This document shows, in pieces, positions 1-11,400 of a stretch of DNA of 64,000 bases (positions are counted from its first letter, which is position 1; the number at the start of each line of letters is the position of its first letter). Both the position numbers and the translations under genes were made by a program. Origin of the DNA: Euglena gracilis (taxonomy: Eukaryota); the NCBI GenBank assembly GCA_039621445.1, contig CP154954.1, positions 39,641,816 to 39,705,815 on the forward strand, in the 5' to 3' direction. The notes beneath the pieces are model-generated. The model was not told the origin of the DNA and did not search any database. It was given only the letters and a program-made list of their open reading frames with translations.

Positions 1-1059
1 GTCCGAGCGTCTGCTACATGCGTGACACATTCTATGCCCGACTCTGCCCAAGACCTGTCCCACCCAGGGGAATCTTGTGGGTTTCCCGAACCCCCGGTGG
101 GCATGCTGGGCTGGGCTATCAAACTCGCGGTGGGTTTGGGCAAAGCTGAAACCAATGGAATGGGGGGCTGGGGTTCGGCCTCAACCCCCACTAAATCCTC
201 CCCCCTCCCTGCTGCCTTCGCCCCGATTCCTATCACAGGAAATCGTCCTGTGACGGCAGGACATTCACTGGATGGAAGATTGAAATTCTGCTGGCTGCCC
301 CACTGGACTAGCTCTTGAACTGTCGGTTCTGGCCGAGCCGTCGGTTCTGGCTGGGCTGGCCCCCCTGCAGCTTGCTGGGGCTGAGTTGGCAAGGGCTGGG
401 CTGCCCCCTGCCCACTCGACACGTGACACATGTCTTGTGAACTCGCAGAAGGGGTGGCTGGGGAAAAAAGACCAGGTGGACTGTGACTCGGAAGTTGCTC
501 ACCCAATTCCCTCAGAGAATGCATGCGATCCGAACAAGACCGCAACATTTCAGATTATGCCAACCTCTTTTTCTTGCAATTTTCAGCCTCCGCACGAAAT
601 GTTTCCTCCCTTTCAGAAGCCAGACGCATTCTGTTGGCCCAGCCAGCAGGACTGACGTCTGTGCCTGCCGTCCCTGCCGACATTGCAAACCCTGCCTGAA
701 ATTGCAATTCTGATTCTGGCTCCACGACTGGACTTGAAGCTTGTTCACCGGCTGACCGCACTGACTCTGGGGCAACTGATTGGGGAGAGGCCGGATTATG
801 ATTATTTGAACATGCACTTCCCAGTTGAAATTGCTTCTCTGAAACTGGCCCATGGACCCTCCCCAACTCTGCCAATCCCAGACCATTTTCACCAAAACAA
901 TGCTGGCTGGTCGGCTGAGCTGTCTTTTGTGTTACTGACTGGAGCTGGTCTAGCTTGTCGACAGTCGGCTGTGGCTGAGCTGAGCTGTCGACCACTGACT
1001 GCTGCTGGGCTGGCCCCACGACAATTGGCTGGTGCCGGGTTGGCGATTGCACGATGGGC

Positions 1060-1650
1060 TGGGTTGGCAATTGCATAATGGGCTGGGCTGGCTTTTGCAT
1101 CATGGGCTGGGTTGGCCCCGTGATGGGCTGGGCTGTTTCTCGCATCATGGGATGGGCTGGCCCCATGATGGGCTTGGCTGGCTCTTGCATCATTCACTGG
1201 GCTGGCCCATGCATAATTAGCTGGGACAGTGCAATTTCTGGGCTCCTCTGACCCAAAAACTGCTGGCCGGTTGACTGGGCCGGCTCCTGAATGACGGGCT
1301 GGGCTGGCCCGTGCATGATTGGCTGGGGCACTGCAATTTCTGGGCTCCTCGGACCCAAAAACTGCTGGCCGGTTGACTGGGCCGGCTCCTGCATGATGGC
1401 CTGGGCTGGATCTTGCATGATTGGCTGGGCTGGCCCGTACATGACTGGCTGGGGCACTGCAATTTCTGGGCTCCTCTGACCCAAAAACTGCTGGCTGGTT
1501 GACTGGGCCGGCTCCTGCATGACGGGCTGGGCTGGACCGTGCATAATTGGCTGGGGCACTGCAATTTCTGGGCTCCTCTGACCCAAAAACTGCTGGCTGG
1601 TTGACTGGGCCGGCTCCTGCATGATGGGCTGGGCTGGCCCGTGCATGATT
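1060..1650. repeat. Coding tandem repeats: ~21-bp units nested in four ~99-120 bp units
   Basis: Repeated GCAATTTCTGGGCTCCTC(T/G)GACCCAAAAACTGCTGGC blocks. Minus-strand translation repeats QQFLGQRSPEIAVPQPIMHGPAQP. Confidence 0.9.
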
Positions 1651-2365
1651 GGCTGGGGCTGGACTGACTCCTGCGCAGCTGGCTGAGCTATCCCTTCTGC
1701 AGCTGGCTGGAGTTGGGCTGGCCCCCCGACTGCTGGCTAGGGTTGGGCTGCCCCCCCGACTGCTGGCTGGGGCTGGGCTGGCCCTGCGTTTGGCTGTGCA
1801 ATTCCCAATTGAAATTGCAAACGGGCTGCAACTCCCAAACTCTCGTGGGCAAAAACTAGCTGACTCATTTCTGCTGGCTGTGGCTGGCACTGAGCTGGCG
1901 TTGGGCTGGGCTGTGCAATTCCAATCATAAATTGCGACTCAGCCCCCCTAATTTCCAGACCCCCTGGGACTGAAAATTGTTGAACACCAGCGTCACACCT
2001 TGCCACTTCGTCGTCTTGCTTGCTGGGCTTCTGATCCCGTCGGCCTTCCTCGTTCAATTGATAATATTTCGGTCCTCGGCCAATTGGATTTGTGGCCTCC
2101 AGGCCAGGGCCTCGGTCCTCTAGGCTCTCTCGCAGCACCTGGGAATTCACAGATGATTCGATGGGGGTGTCTTGAACCATTGATGGTGATGGGGCAAGGA
2201 AAAAGGAAATTTGTCTTTCTGGCAAAGGCAAAATTGACCCTTCCACAATTACCTCCAAAGGGATCATGTCAATTGGATAAATCCCTGCTGAAAACATGTC
2301 CACCAGGGACAAAATCACTGCATCAAACTGTGCAACCTTGTCCAAGGACACAATACTTGCACCAA

Positions 2366-2455
2366 CATCTGTGACCATGTGAACGGACATGTTCAAGTCA
2401 CAAACCTCTGCGACCATGTTAACGGACATGGTCGAATCACAAACCCCTGCTACCA
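2366..2455 (-). promoter_or_regulatory. Primer binding site (tRNA-iMet-like) of element C with two degenerate tandem copies, 39-bp period
   Basis: Minus strand: TTAACA-TGGTAGCAGGGG (starts 2455), TTAACA-TGGTCGCAGAGG (2416), TTCACA-TGGTCACAGATG (2377). Confidence 0.65.
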
Positions 2456-2872
2456 TGTTAACGCGGGACGCCCACCACGTGTCCGCCCCCGCGGGGGGGA
2501 ACCCGGGGCTGACCTCCGGCGGCGTAGGATCTTTATTTCCGACCTCAGTTTCAGGGGATCCAACCCAAACTCGAATCCCTTCAGGATCTTCTTGGGGTTC
2601 CCTTTTTGGCAAAACCAGGGTAGGCTCAGGTCCCTGATTCCTACCCATCCCCATTGTCATGTCCAGGGGGGGGGGGGAAATTCCCCGCCCTCTGGATTCC
2701 TTCCCGACCCCACACCCCCGACACTCCCGGATGAAACATTTCCAGACTGTTTCTGGATATTTCAAGGTCTGTGTTGGAAAAACAAAACCCAAACAAACAG
2801 GCAAAACAACCTGACTTCGCAACCAACAAAACAAAGGAGTTGGAGGTTCACGAGTGACCGTTCAGCCAATGA
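2456..2872 (-). repeat. 3' part of the putative 5' LTR of element C
   Basis: Ends in AACA immediately before the PBS. Right boundary taken from the candidate TSD of the inserted CRE-like element. Confidence 0.5.
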
Positions 2873-3540
2873 ATGTTACCGCAGTTTCAACTTCTGACAA
2901 TGTCTTTGATTGAATTCCTTGACTTCTTTCAATGATGTTTCATAGTCCAAGAATCTTGACAACTTGCATGTTTGAGAAACTTGGAAAACTGGGAAACCCA
3001 CTGTGGAAAGTGGAACATGAAAACAAATGTGCAGAACGCGGGCAACTCAATGAGAATATGCGCAATACCAATTCCCACCTCCCAATACTGCCCACTGCCC
3101 TTTTCACACTTATGCATGTGCTGGCTGGGTTATTGGAAGGTTACTGATTAGGAATGGCCACAGATTAGGATAGGAGCCTATGCCAAGGCACTCCCTACCT
3201 TTGGCGTCTTTCTTGGTGTCTATTTTTTTCGACATATCACATGGCCGAGAAGTGAAAGCCCCTGGAGGGGTTCAAGTTACAAGTATTGGGCAAGTTTGAA
3301 GTCCCTGGTGAAGTTCAAGTTCAAGTGAAGTACAAGACGTGGAGACCGACATGGAAGAAAAGACCAGAAGTCTCCCGGAGCAGGTCGACAGATGTACAAG
3401 CTACCACTGGGGTACAAGTTTTACCAGCCAAGTACAAGTCAAGGCCAGTGGTGGTGAGAAGCTGCAGAAGCCCATCATGCTGTCCAGGGCTTCTCAGCCC
3501 TTGTGGCCTGCTGAGGCCTTTACAGTTTATCTGGTTTCCT

Positions 3541-3697
3541 TGGGCCTGAAAAGGCCCCCCCAGCCACTGGGCCTGAAAAGGCCCCCCCAGCCACTGGGCC
3601 TGAAAAGGCCCCCCCAACCACTGGGCCTGAAAAGGCCCCCCCCCCTGCCACTGGGCCTGAAAAGGCCCCCCCTGCCACTGGGCCTGAAAAGGCCCCC
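3541..3697 (+). repeat. Six ~27-bp tandem units, each with a GGGCCT-GAAA-AGGCCC hairpin
   Basis: Six copies of TGGGCCTGAAAAGGCCCC read directly from the sequence. Confidence 0.95.
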
Positions 3698-3757
3698 TCA
3701 AACATTTGTTGTCTGTTTCCATTTGTCGCCTGGGACACATTTACATTCTTCTTCTTT

Positions 3758-6700
3758 TTGTGTGCACTTGCTCACCTGACAAGGGAAAAACTTCTGCACT
3801 CATTTCAAGTTGCAGCATCCACACCCCCACCCACCAACCCACCAAGCACCCAAAACCCCCATGGTCACAAGCTGGTTCTGCTGACATGGAGCCCCAAAAC
3901 TGTCAGATACTGTTCCCTTGTTCCCCAAAAACCCACTCTGCAGTTTTGGGAACCAAAAAGTGCTCTGCAAACCCCTGGAGATTCCATTTTGCTCAAAACT
4001 GCCAGGCCCAATTTGCTGAAAGCCACCCAAGCGACACAGAAAGTCAAAGCCTCTGTTTCCCCAAAAGCTGCCAGACACACTTTCCTCCACGCAACCGGAA
4101 TAACCCCAGATCCCCAACCGCCCATTTCCTGCAGACCCCCGGAACTGGAGTTTCAAAGGAAAAGGGATAGCTGGCCCAAACGCATGCCCACCAAGAAGCG
4201 GCAAAACCCCAGCACTTGCACCGGTCACCACAGTCGCTTGGGGCGCGGGGAAGGAATTTTGTCCTGTGGTGACATTCAGCCAAACCCAGGCCCCGCAGTA
4301 CCCCCACAGACTGAAATTGACTTCAGCGAGGATCCAGCGAGGGCTGTCGGCTTCTTGATGGCAACTGCCTCGGTCCCACCCACCCTTGCCCCACTCTTGG
4401 AAACCTCTTCGCAAGGTGGCCGGAATCTACAACAGCTCCTTCTGGACCTCATTGGGGGTGACCCAGCTCAGAGCGAACAGCCTTTGAACCCTGCCTCGGC
4501 CCCATTGCCACACAGCGTCGCAATGAACATTGATGCCGCATCCCACCCCCTCTCATCACCATGCCCTGACCTTCATCCAACTTGGGAAGAAATCGCCCAC
4601 GATCTTCGTGGGTCAATCAGCCTTATCCCTCGCGGGGCCATCCAAGCAGTGGCCGAGGTCTATTGCACACTCTTGCGCCGCCTGAACGAACAAAGCACCT
4701 GGGAAGCCATGCACGCCCTTTGGTGCTTCCCAAAGGCAGTGTTGGCACCCTTTGGCCGTGGTGGGCGCGGTCACTGGGCACGTCTTGGCCACATCCTGCA
4801 GGCTCGAGCACGACAATACCTAAGCCGCCCGACGCTGGAGAGTTGGAAGGACACTTCTCCTCCAGTGGAAGAAACTAACGCACGAAAGAGACCACGTACT
4901 AGACTGGCTGCCCCGAAAGAGGAAGAAGTAACAAAAGAGGATTTTGTCTCCAGACTAGAACGACTGGTCGGCAGGGGTGCTGTATCCAAAGCGTGCAACC
5001 TGTTGACTTCCGATGGTGTTCAAAATCCCGACAACCACTTGGTACGTGAACGCCTCCGGCAATTACATCCACATGAACCGCCTCCTGGACTTGGCCCAAC
5101 GACCATGAGACGTTGGCTACCAGCTGCCACTCTTGAGGAAGACATGCAACAACGCCGGACAATAGTGCGAAAGGCAGTCTTCAGCTTTGGCCCAGAATCC
5201 TCACCAGGCCCCTCTGGCTTGAGGCCCGACCACCTTCGGTGTTTGATGGGGCATGATGCAGGTTGCCATGCAGATGACCTTTTGGACGAACTCACAACCT
5301 TCTGTTATCGCACCATTGACAGTGGTTTGCCAAAAGGACCTGCCGCAATCATGGCAGCAGCCAGACTGACAGCCTTGCGAAAAGTGAAAGCAGCCGAAAA
5401 CACCGATGATTTCGGCAACCAATGCCCACCTGCTCCAGAAGAAGAGGGAACCAGGCCCATATCAGCGGGCGAATGCCTACGTCGGCTGGTAGGAAAAGTG
5501 ATCATGAGACAGGAAGTGGTGAGAACAGCAGTTCGCAACAATCTGCCTGGACAATTTGGCGTTGGCCATTCTGATCCCTGTTCCATTGTCGCCATTGGGC
5601 TTCAGCAGCTTGTCGGCTGTCTCCATCACACAGGTGCTCAGGATTGGGGTGTGTTGCAATTAGACTTTGCAAATGCCTTCAACTGCCTGCGCCGTGAGGG
5701 TATGCTGGACGCTGTTCGAGAACGTTGCCCTGAGATGACAGCATGGATGGAGAGCTGCTACAGTGAGCATTCCACTTTGTACTGTGGGTTAACCTCCTTC
5801 CGCAGCAAAAGTGGTGTGCAACAAGGTGATCCATGTGGTCCTGCGGCGTTCGCAATTGCTGTTCAAAATCTGGTTGAAAAAGTGGGTGAGCTGGTCGGAT
5901 GGCAAGCATGGTACCTGGACGATGCCCATCTCGTGGGTACCCCAGCACAACTGGAAACAGCAGTCCGATACATTCTGCGTGAAGGACCCCTCATTGGGGT
6001 TTCCCTGAATATATCCAAGTGTCGGTTGTGGGGACCTGCCTTTGGAATGGAATGGTCCAGCCTCCCAACCAACACAACCCCGCTCCAACAAATTCCGGTG
6101 CAGGAATATTCTGAAGCAAGTGGCCTCAAGGTCCTTGGACTGCCAGTCTGCCACCTAGCAGGGGGGGCGTTCGCCTCCACTGTTTGGGCTCCACGAGTCG
6201 AAATGGTTCTGAAGGCATGCAATCTCCTACAGCTTGTGCCAAGTGCCCATGTCCAGTACACCCTTTTGCGTCAATGTTTGGATGCATGTTGCATCAATGG
6301 CCTATTGAGGGTAACTCCACTGCCGCTTGCTGGGGACCAATGCTTATTGCTGAGCCACTGTTTACGAAACACGCTGAGTTGCATCATGACAGCACCAGTT
6401 GATGACAACCAGTGGTCACAGGCCACCTTGCCACCCGTTTGGGGGGACTAGGAATTAAGGATCCGCAGGAATGCCGACTCGCTGCACGGTGGTCAGCACA
6501 ATTGGACTTCCTCCAAAGGGCTGAAACGTTGTTGGGATTTCCGGACTTCGTAATCCGCAATATGAAACCACCAGATTTTGACTCCGCACTGACATTGCTG
6601 AAGATCTTTGGAGTTGAAGGTCAACCCCTGCAGGCCTTAACAGATGACTCCACCCGTGCAACCCAACTACCACGAGAAATGGTGTCACAGAAACACTGGG

Positions 6701-7518
6701 GGAACATCTGCTCAACGCTGCACCAAAAGAAACTGCAAAAGTCCCTGTCCGGATCCGATGCCATTCGATTTTTCTGCCAAACAAGGCCTCGTGCCATGGC
6801 CTGGACGTGTGCAGTCCCCTCTGCTGGCACAAAAACCCTTGTTCCCACGAAAGAATTTGTTGCCCTCCCCCTATGGACGCTTGGCGCTCCTGTGGTAAAA
6901 ACAGAAGAGAGCCACTCTCCCGGATGTCCACGATGCATGAGCCCACTTGACACAGCCAGCCACCACCTCGTCTGCTGCCACCGTAACAACCTCGTTCGGC
7001 GGCACGGGGCAGTGCAAAGCTTTGTCCTGAACCTGGCACAGCGAGCTGGCTTTCCTGCACGTCGAGAAGAAAAAGCTGAGGACGGAACTCGACCGGGTGA
7101 TGTTTTCATCACTCGATTTGACGCAAATGGACCCGCAGCCATTGATGTCACAGTTAGACACCCACTAGCACCCTCCAGGTCACCTCCAGCTCAGGTGGAA
7201 AATTGGCACATTCGACAGGAAGAAGACAAAATCGCCACGTATGGGGACCCTTGCAAGCGACGAGGCTGGAAATTTATCCCACTGGTGATGGACTGCTACG
7301 GTGGCATGAGTGAAGCAGGCCAAGGATTCGTCTCCACATGCATCCGCCACCAAACAAGCCAACATAACGGCTGGGAGAGGCGGGGTGTGGAGGCCAGTGC
7401 ATGGCAGGGACTTGGAATGGCTTTGATGCGCGAGCTGGCAAGACAACTGGCATGGGGACAGTGCCCTGAGCAACTACTTGATTGCAATAGCGGTGGTACG
7501 CATTACCCGTACTTTTGA
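3758..7518 (+). pseudogene. CRE-like polyprotein: 2A-like motif, RT, Cys/His knuckle, RLE endonuclease; one frameshift near 6435
   Basis: RT motifs SPGPSGLRPDHL, RPISAGECLRRL, LDFANAFN, GVQQGDPCGP, WYLDD. ATLP/TRLGGLGI is split by the frameshift. CPRC..HLVCC, RRH, RPGD..IDVTV and FIPLV match the RLE pattern. True start uncertain. Confidence 0.9.
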
Positions 7519-7661
7519 GTGTGACTTCATACAGTGCACCGACCACCTCTACCACCTTCGGTGGCCCACACAGAGCAATGGCCATGAGGCCAGCTTTCTC
7601 ACCTCCACTCTCGGACGGCTCTGAAACCACCCCAGGCACAAATCAGCCAATCAGCCAATGA

Positions 7662-8451
7662 CACAAACACGCCAACAGTGGCAAGCAAAGCACACACTCC
7701 CCCCCCACCTCCCCCACCCGCCGTATATATTGAAGATGGGACTTTCCCATTTTCCTCTAACCATTGACCTCGGGACGGGCACGGCACTCCGTACAACCTT
7801 TATGTACTTTACACCCATAGTATCTACCGGCGACCTGTGGCCGCACAGGGAGTCATGAGGAGTTTCTCCTTGTGGCGAGGGCCAAAAGAGACATATCCCT
7901 GGGCCCGGGGCACGGTCTGGGTGAAGCTGTGCTACCCGCCGTGATGATGATGGCGTCGTTCCCTCCTCTCTTCCTGCGCCCTGTCCGCCAGGTCCCACAC
8001 CCTGGAAAATGAATCTGGCCATTATTCCGTATGTGAGAACCCAACTTTCAACCTGGAAGAAAAATCCAAAGTGCAAAGATATTTCTCCCCTGTCATTCCA
8101 GATCACAGGCCAGTTTAACCAACCACAGGATCACACACTGGCTCGCACAAGCTTGCAAACAAACGGTCATTCACCTTTCGGGAGGCGCAGGGGCTATGTG
8201 CGGTCATAGCGACTCCTCGCACACACACTCCCCCCCTTTTCAGCGCTCAGACAGACCTTGAATTCCCCCCCCCCTCCCGTGGGGATGCCAAGAGGCACAT
8301 TTCTTCCGCCTCGGCAGGAGGCACCCAAGGACCTGCCCTTCTCCTCACTCTTCACATTGTTCGCGGGCTGAGTGGACTTACCACGGGAAGCCTCACCCCC
8401 CCCTTCAGCGGAGTGGGTGTTCTTCCCGCAGGTTTCCCGGACCCCCCAACA
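7662..8451 (-). repeat. 5' part of the putative 5' LTR of element C
   Basis: Starts TGTT on the minus strand at the junction with the A' integrase; no convincing ORF. Joined with 2456-2872 it gives a ~1.2 kb LTR. Confidence 0.45.
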
Positions 8452-11400
8452 GGGATAGCTTTTCCGTCTAGGGGGTTTAGGTACGGTTTGAAATCGTCCA
8501 TATGGACGTCCTCAATCCCGTTGGGCAAGGCAACTTTATATCGCCCGCTACTTCCTAACCTGTCCAAAATTTCGCATGGGCCGAGCCGAAGAGGACGTAG
8601 CTTGGAAGATTGCATGCGGGTGCGGTTATTCCGTACCCACACGCGGTCACCTGGACTATACACAGGTGTTTTGAAATTTTGTAAAAACGATTTCCGTTTG
8701 TTGGAATGAATTTCTGTGATACGTGATTGGACTGCAGAGCGGAGTGATTCCACTTCTGCAAACCACGTTTCACAGCTAACACTACTTCGGGCGGGTCTCT
8801 CCGAGGGGATATCCCCTGTGGCCGGAGGGTCTCGTCCGAAAACAATTTCGTACGGTGAGTGTGGTAATACCAACCCTGGCAAGGTATTGATGTAAAATAA
8901 ACACCAATGAAGAATGGATATCCAATTCTTACCCGAGTCAGCCAGTGAAAGGCGAAGCATATTGACAACGGATTTCACGGCTGCCTCAGCTCCACCGTTG
9001 CCTTTCGGGCGGTATATAATGGACAAATGCTGCTCAATGCCGAGTAAACCGCACAAAGTTGTGAAAAACCGCGAAGAGATCAAGTGATCTTGATCATTCA
9101 CGATTTCGTTCGGTAAACCCATTAAGCAGATTCATTTCTCCAGGAATATGGATGCCAAAATTTGGGCTGTCAACCCTGCTTTCCGGCATGGAATGGCTAC
9201 TATATACCCACTCAGCCGACTGACGACAACGAAAACGTAATCGTAAATTTTGTCATCTGATCCTTTGCAAGGTTCAAGTTCCAGAAACTCCATGCAGAGG
9301 GACGTAAAAATGTCCGGTGGTACGGGGAAAAAATCCATCGTACCAGGAGGGGTACCTCTGCGCGGGTTCACAGCCTGACAAATTTGGCACCGTTGCGAAA
9401 TTCGCAAACAGCGCGAATATAAATATTTTTCACTCAGGGTTGTGCAATACCTGCGACCCACCAGTGAAAGAAGTTTGGGGGCCCCAGGGTGACCATGGTT
9501 GTGATAGCTCAAAATCACATCATCAACCAGGTCTTGGGGTATACAATATTTATAACCAGAATCATTTCGGAAAATAAGTCGCAATGGTGATAGAGAGTAA
9601 TTCTCTATGGACTCACCATTACGAAGTCCATTCACAATGGTACTATATACAGGGTCACGCGAATAATCCCATTCGCGGAAAAATAGGGGGGTAGGAGTTT
9701 CCGTACGCGTAATGCGACGGGGTCCGGCAGTGCGTCCACGCCGGCGCCTTCCACACAATGGTGAAATGGCGATGCTTCGATACACCCGGGAAACGGGTGG
9801 TGAATCGAGCATGTTGTCGGCAGCGTCGGATCGACGTGCGAACTGGTCAGCCTCATGGCTGCCATGAAAAGTCGCATCACCCTCATCCGGGTTCCCAGGA
9901 TAATACCAGGGGGCTCGGCTGAGAGGATCCGCCACTTTTTGCGTATGACCTGGGGTATATACTACCACCAGGTTAAACTGGCTCAAGAACTCTGCCATCC
10001 GGCATCTTCTGCCCACTGGCCCCCCTACCAGCCCCGCACTACAGGGAGGAAGAGGCTGTAAGTGCGAAAAAAAACTCATGCCATCGGCATCTTCTGCCCA
10101 CTGATGACATGGCCTTGTTCAGGTCCTCGGTATACCAGTGTTGAAGGCTCTCATAATCCGTCAACACCAGTATCTGGACCAGGCTGCTGGCTATCCAGCT
10201 GCGGATTTTCTGGAGAATTAGCACAATGGCATATGTCTCCTTTTCGCGAATGCTCCATTTAACCTGTCCTTTCCCATTGTCGCCCTGTAGCTTCCTGCTG
10301 AAGAAAGCCACAGGTCGGAGTTCATTTGCCGCATTATGCTGGCTAAGAACACCGCCAACAGCGTAATCGCTGCTGTCGACCTCCAGGACGTACGGCTTGT
10401 ATGGATCCGCGATATCGAGAACCACGTTCTCGAGGAGCAAGTCCTTGATTTTATTCAAGGCCTCGCGCATTTGGTTATCCAAATGACTTTTGCGTTATCG
10501 GGTGTCCGATTTTTAAGTTGTCGGGTTAGGGGTACCGCGATTTTCGCGAAATCTTTCATGTAAATCGCGTAGTATTGGGCTAATCCCAAAAATCCCTTTA
10601 AATGCGTTAAGGTCTTAATGACCTCAGGAGTCCATTTTTTAATGGCCTCCATCTTGCTGGGTGCGGCTTTACGCTGCCCGTTGCTCAGGATATGCCCGCA
10701 AAACTTAATAATTTTGCGAAACAGGTGCATTTTGGAAACATCGACAAAAAGCACATGCTTTTTGAACGCGGATAATACCGCCCGCACATCGCGATAATGC
10801 GGTTCGAGGATATCCTTGCCCGATTTCGCGGATGGCGGTTGGGTTCCCACCAGTACATCATCGATGTACACCAGAGCAAACGGTAATTCGCGCAAAACCC
10901 ACTGGATCATGCGTTGAAACATGGCTGGGCCATTCTTAACACCCATAGGGAGTACCGTCCATTGGTACACACCCTTGGATGTCACGAATGCCGTGTACGG
11001 TTGTGAATCAGGGTGCAAATGCATCTGATGAAAACCGTCTTCTAGATCAAAGATTGACCACAACCGGTTATCCGATTGTTTGGCGATCAAATCTTCGATC
11101 AGCAGTAACGGGAAGGGGTCATCCTTCGTTTGGGAGTTCAGGTACCGGTAATCCAGCACCAGCACCACTTCCGCTGGATGAGCTTCTCAATCATCTCGTT
11201 GAGAGCTTGTTCGCGTTTAACCGAACAACGGAAGAATTTCCGGTGCATGGGCTTAGCGCCATCCTTGAGCTCGATTTTGCAAATACCGAACGGACCGTGA
11301 ATCGCGGGGTTGATGTCGCGGGCGTAAACTGTGTTATCCAGTACACCATGGAATTCGCGAGTAATTCGCGAACAATAGTCAGCAGACTTGGGGTGTTGGT

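Larger units (their letters stand above)
1..2660 (-). pseudogene. Frameshifted Pro/Gln-rich gag-like ORF of element C
   Basis: ORF pieces 1737..2834, 1194..1646 and 555..1193 join up across stops and frameshifts. Position across and after the PBS, and composition, resemble the family B gag N-terminus. No diagnostic domain seen. Confidence 0.45.
2873..7650 (+). mobile_element. CRE-like non-LTR retrotransposon (RT plus restriction-like endonuclease)
   Basis: Single long ORF with RT and C-terminal RLE. Candidate 11-bp TSD TCAGCCAATGA at 2862-2872 and 7651-7661. The element call is firm; the ends are less certain. Confidence 0.8.
1..8451 (-). mobile_element. LTR retrotransposon family C, 5' portion (split 5' LTR, PBS, gag-like ORF), running off the left edge
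   Basis: On the minus strand, non-A sequence starts TGTT at 8451, exactly where the A' integrase stops matching copy A. An AACA end at 2456 is followed directly by a TGGTAGCAG PBS and a Pro/Gln-rich ORF. TGTT...AACA are typical LTR termini. No 3' LTR or pol lies in the window, so the boundaries are inferred. Confidence 0.55.
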
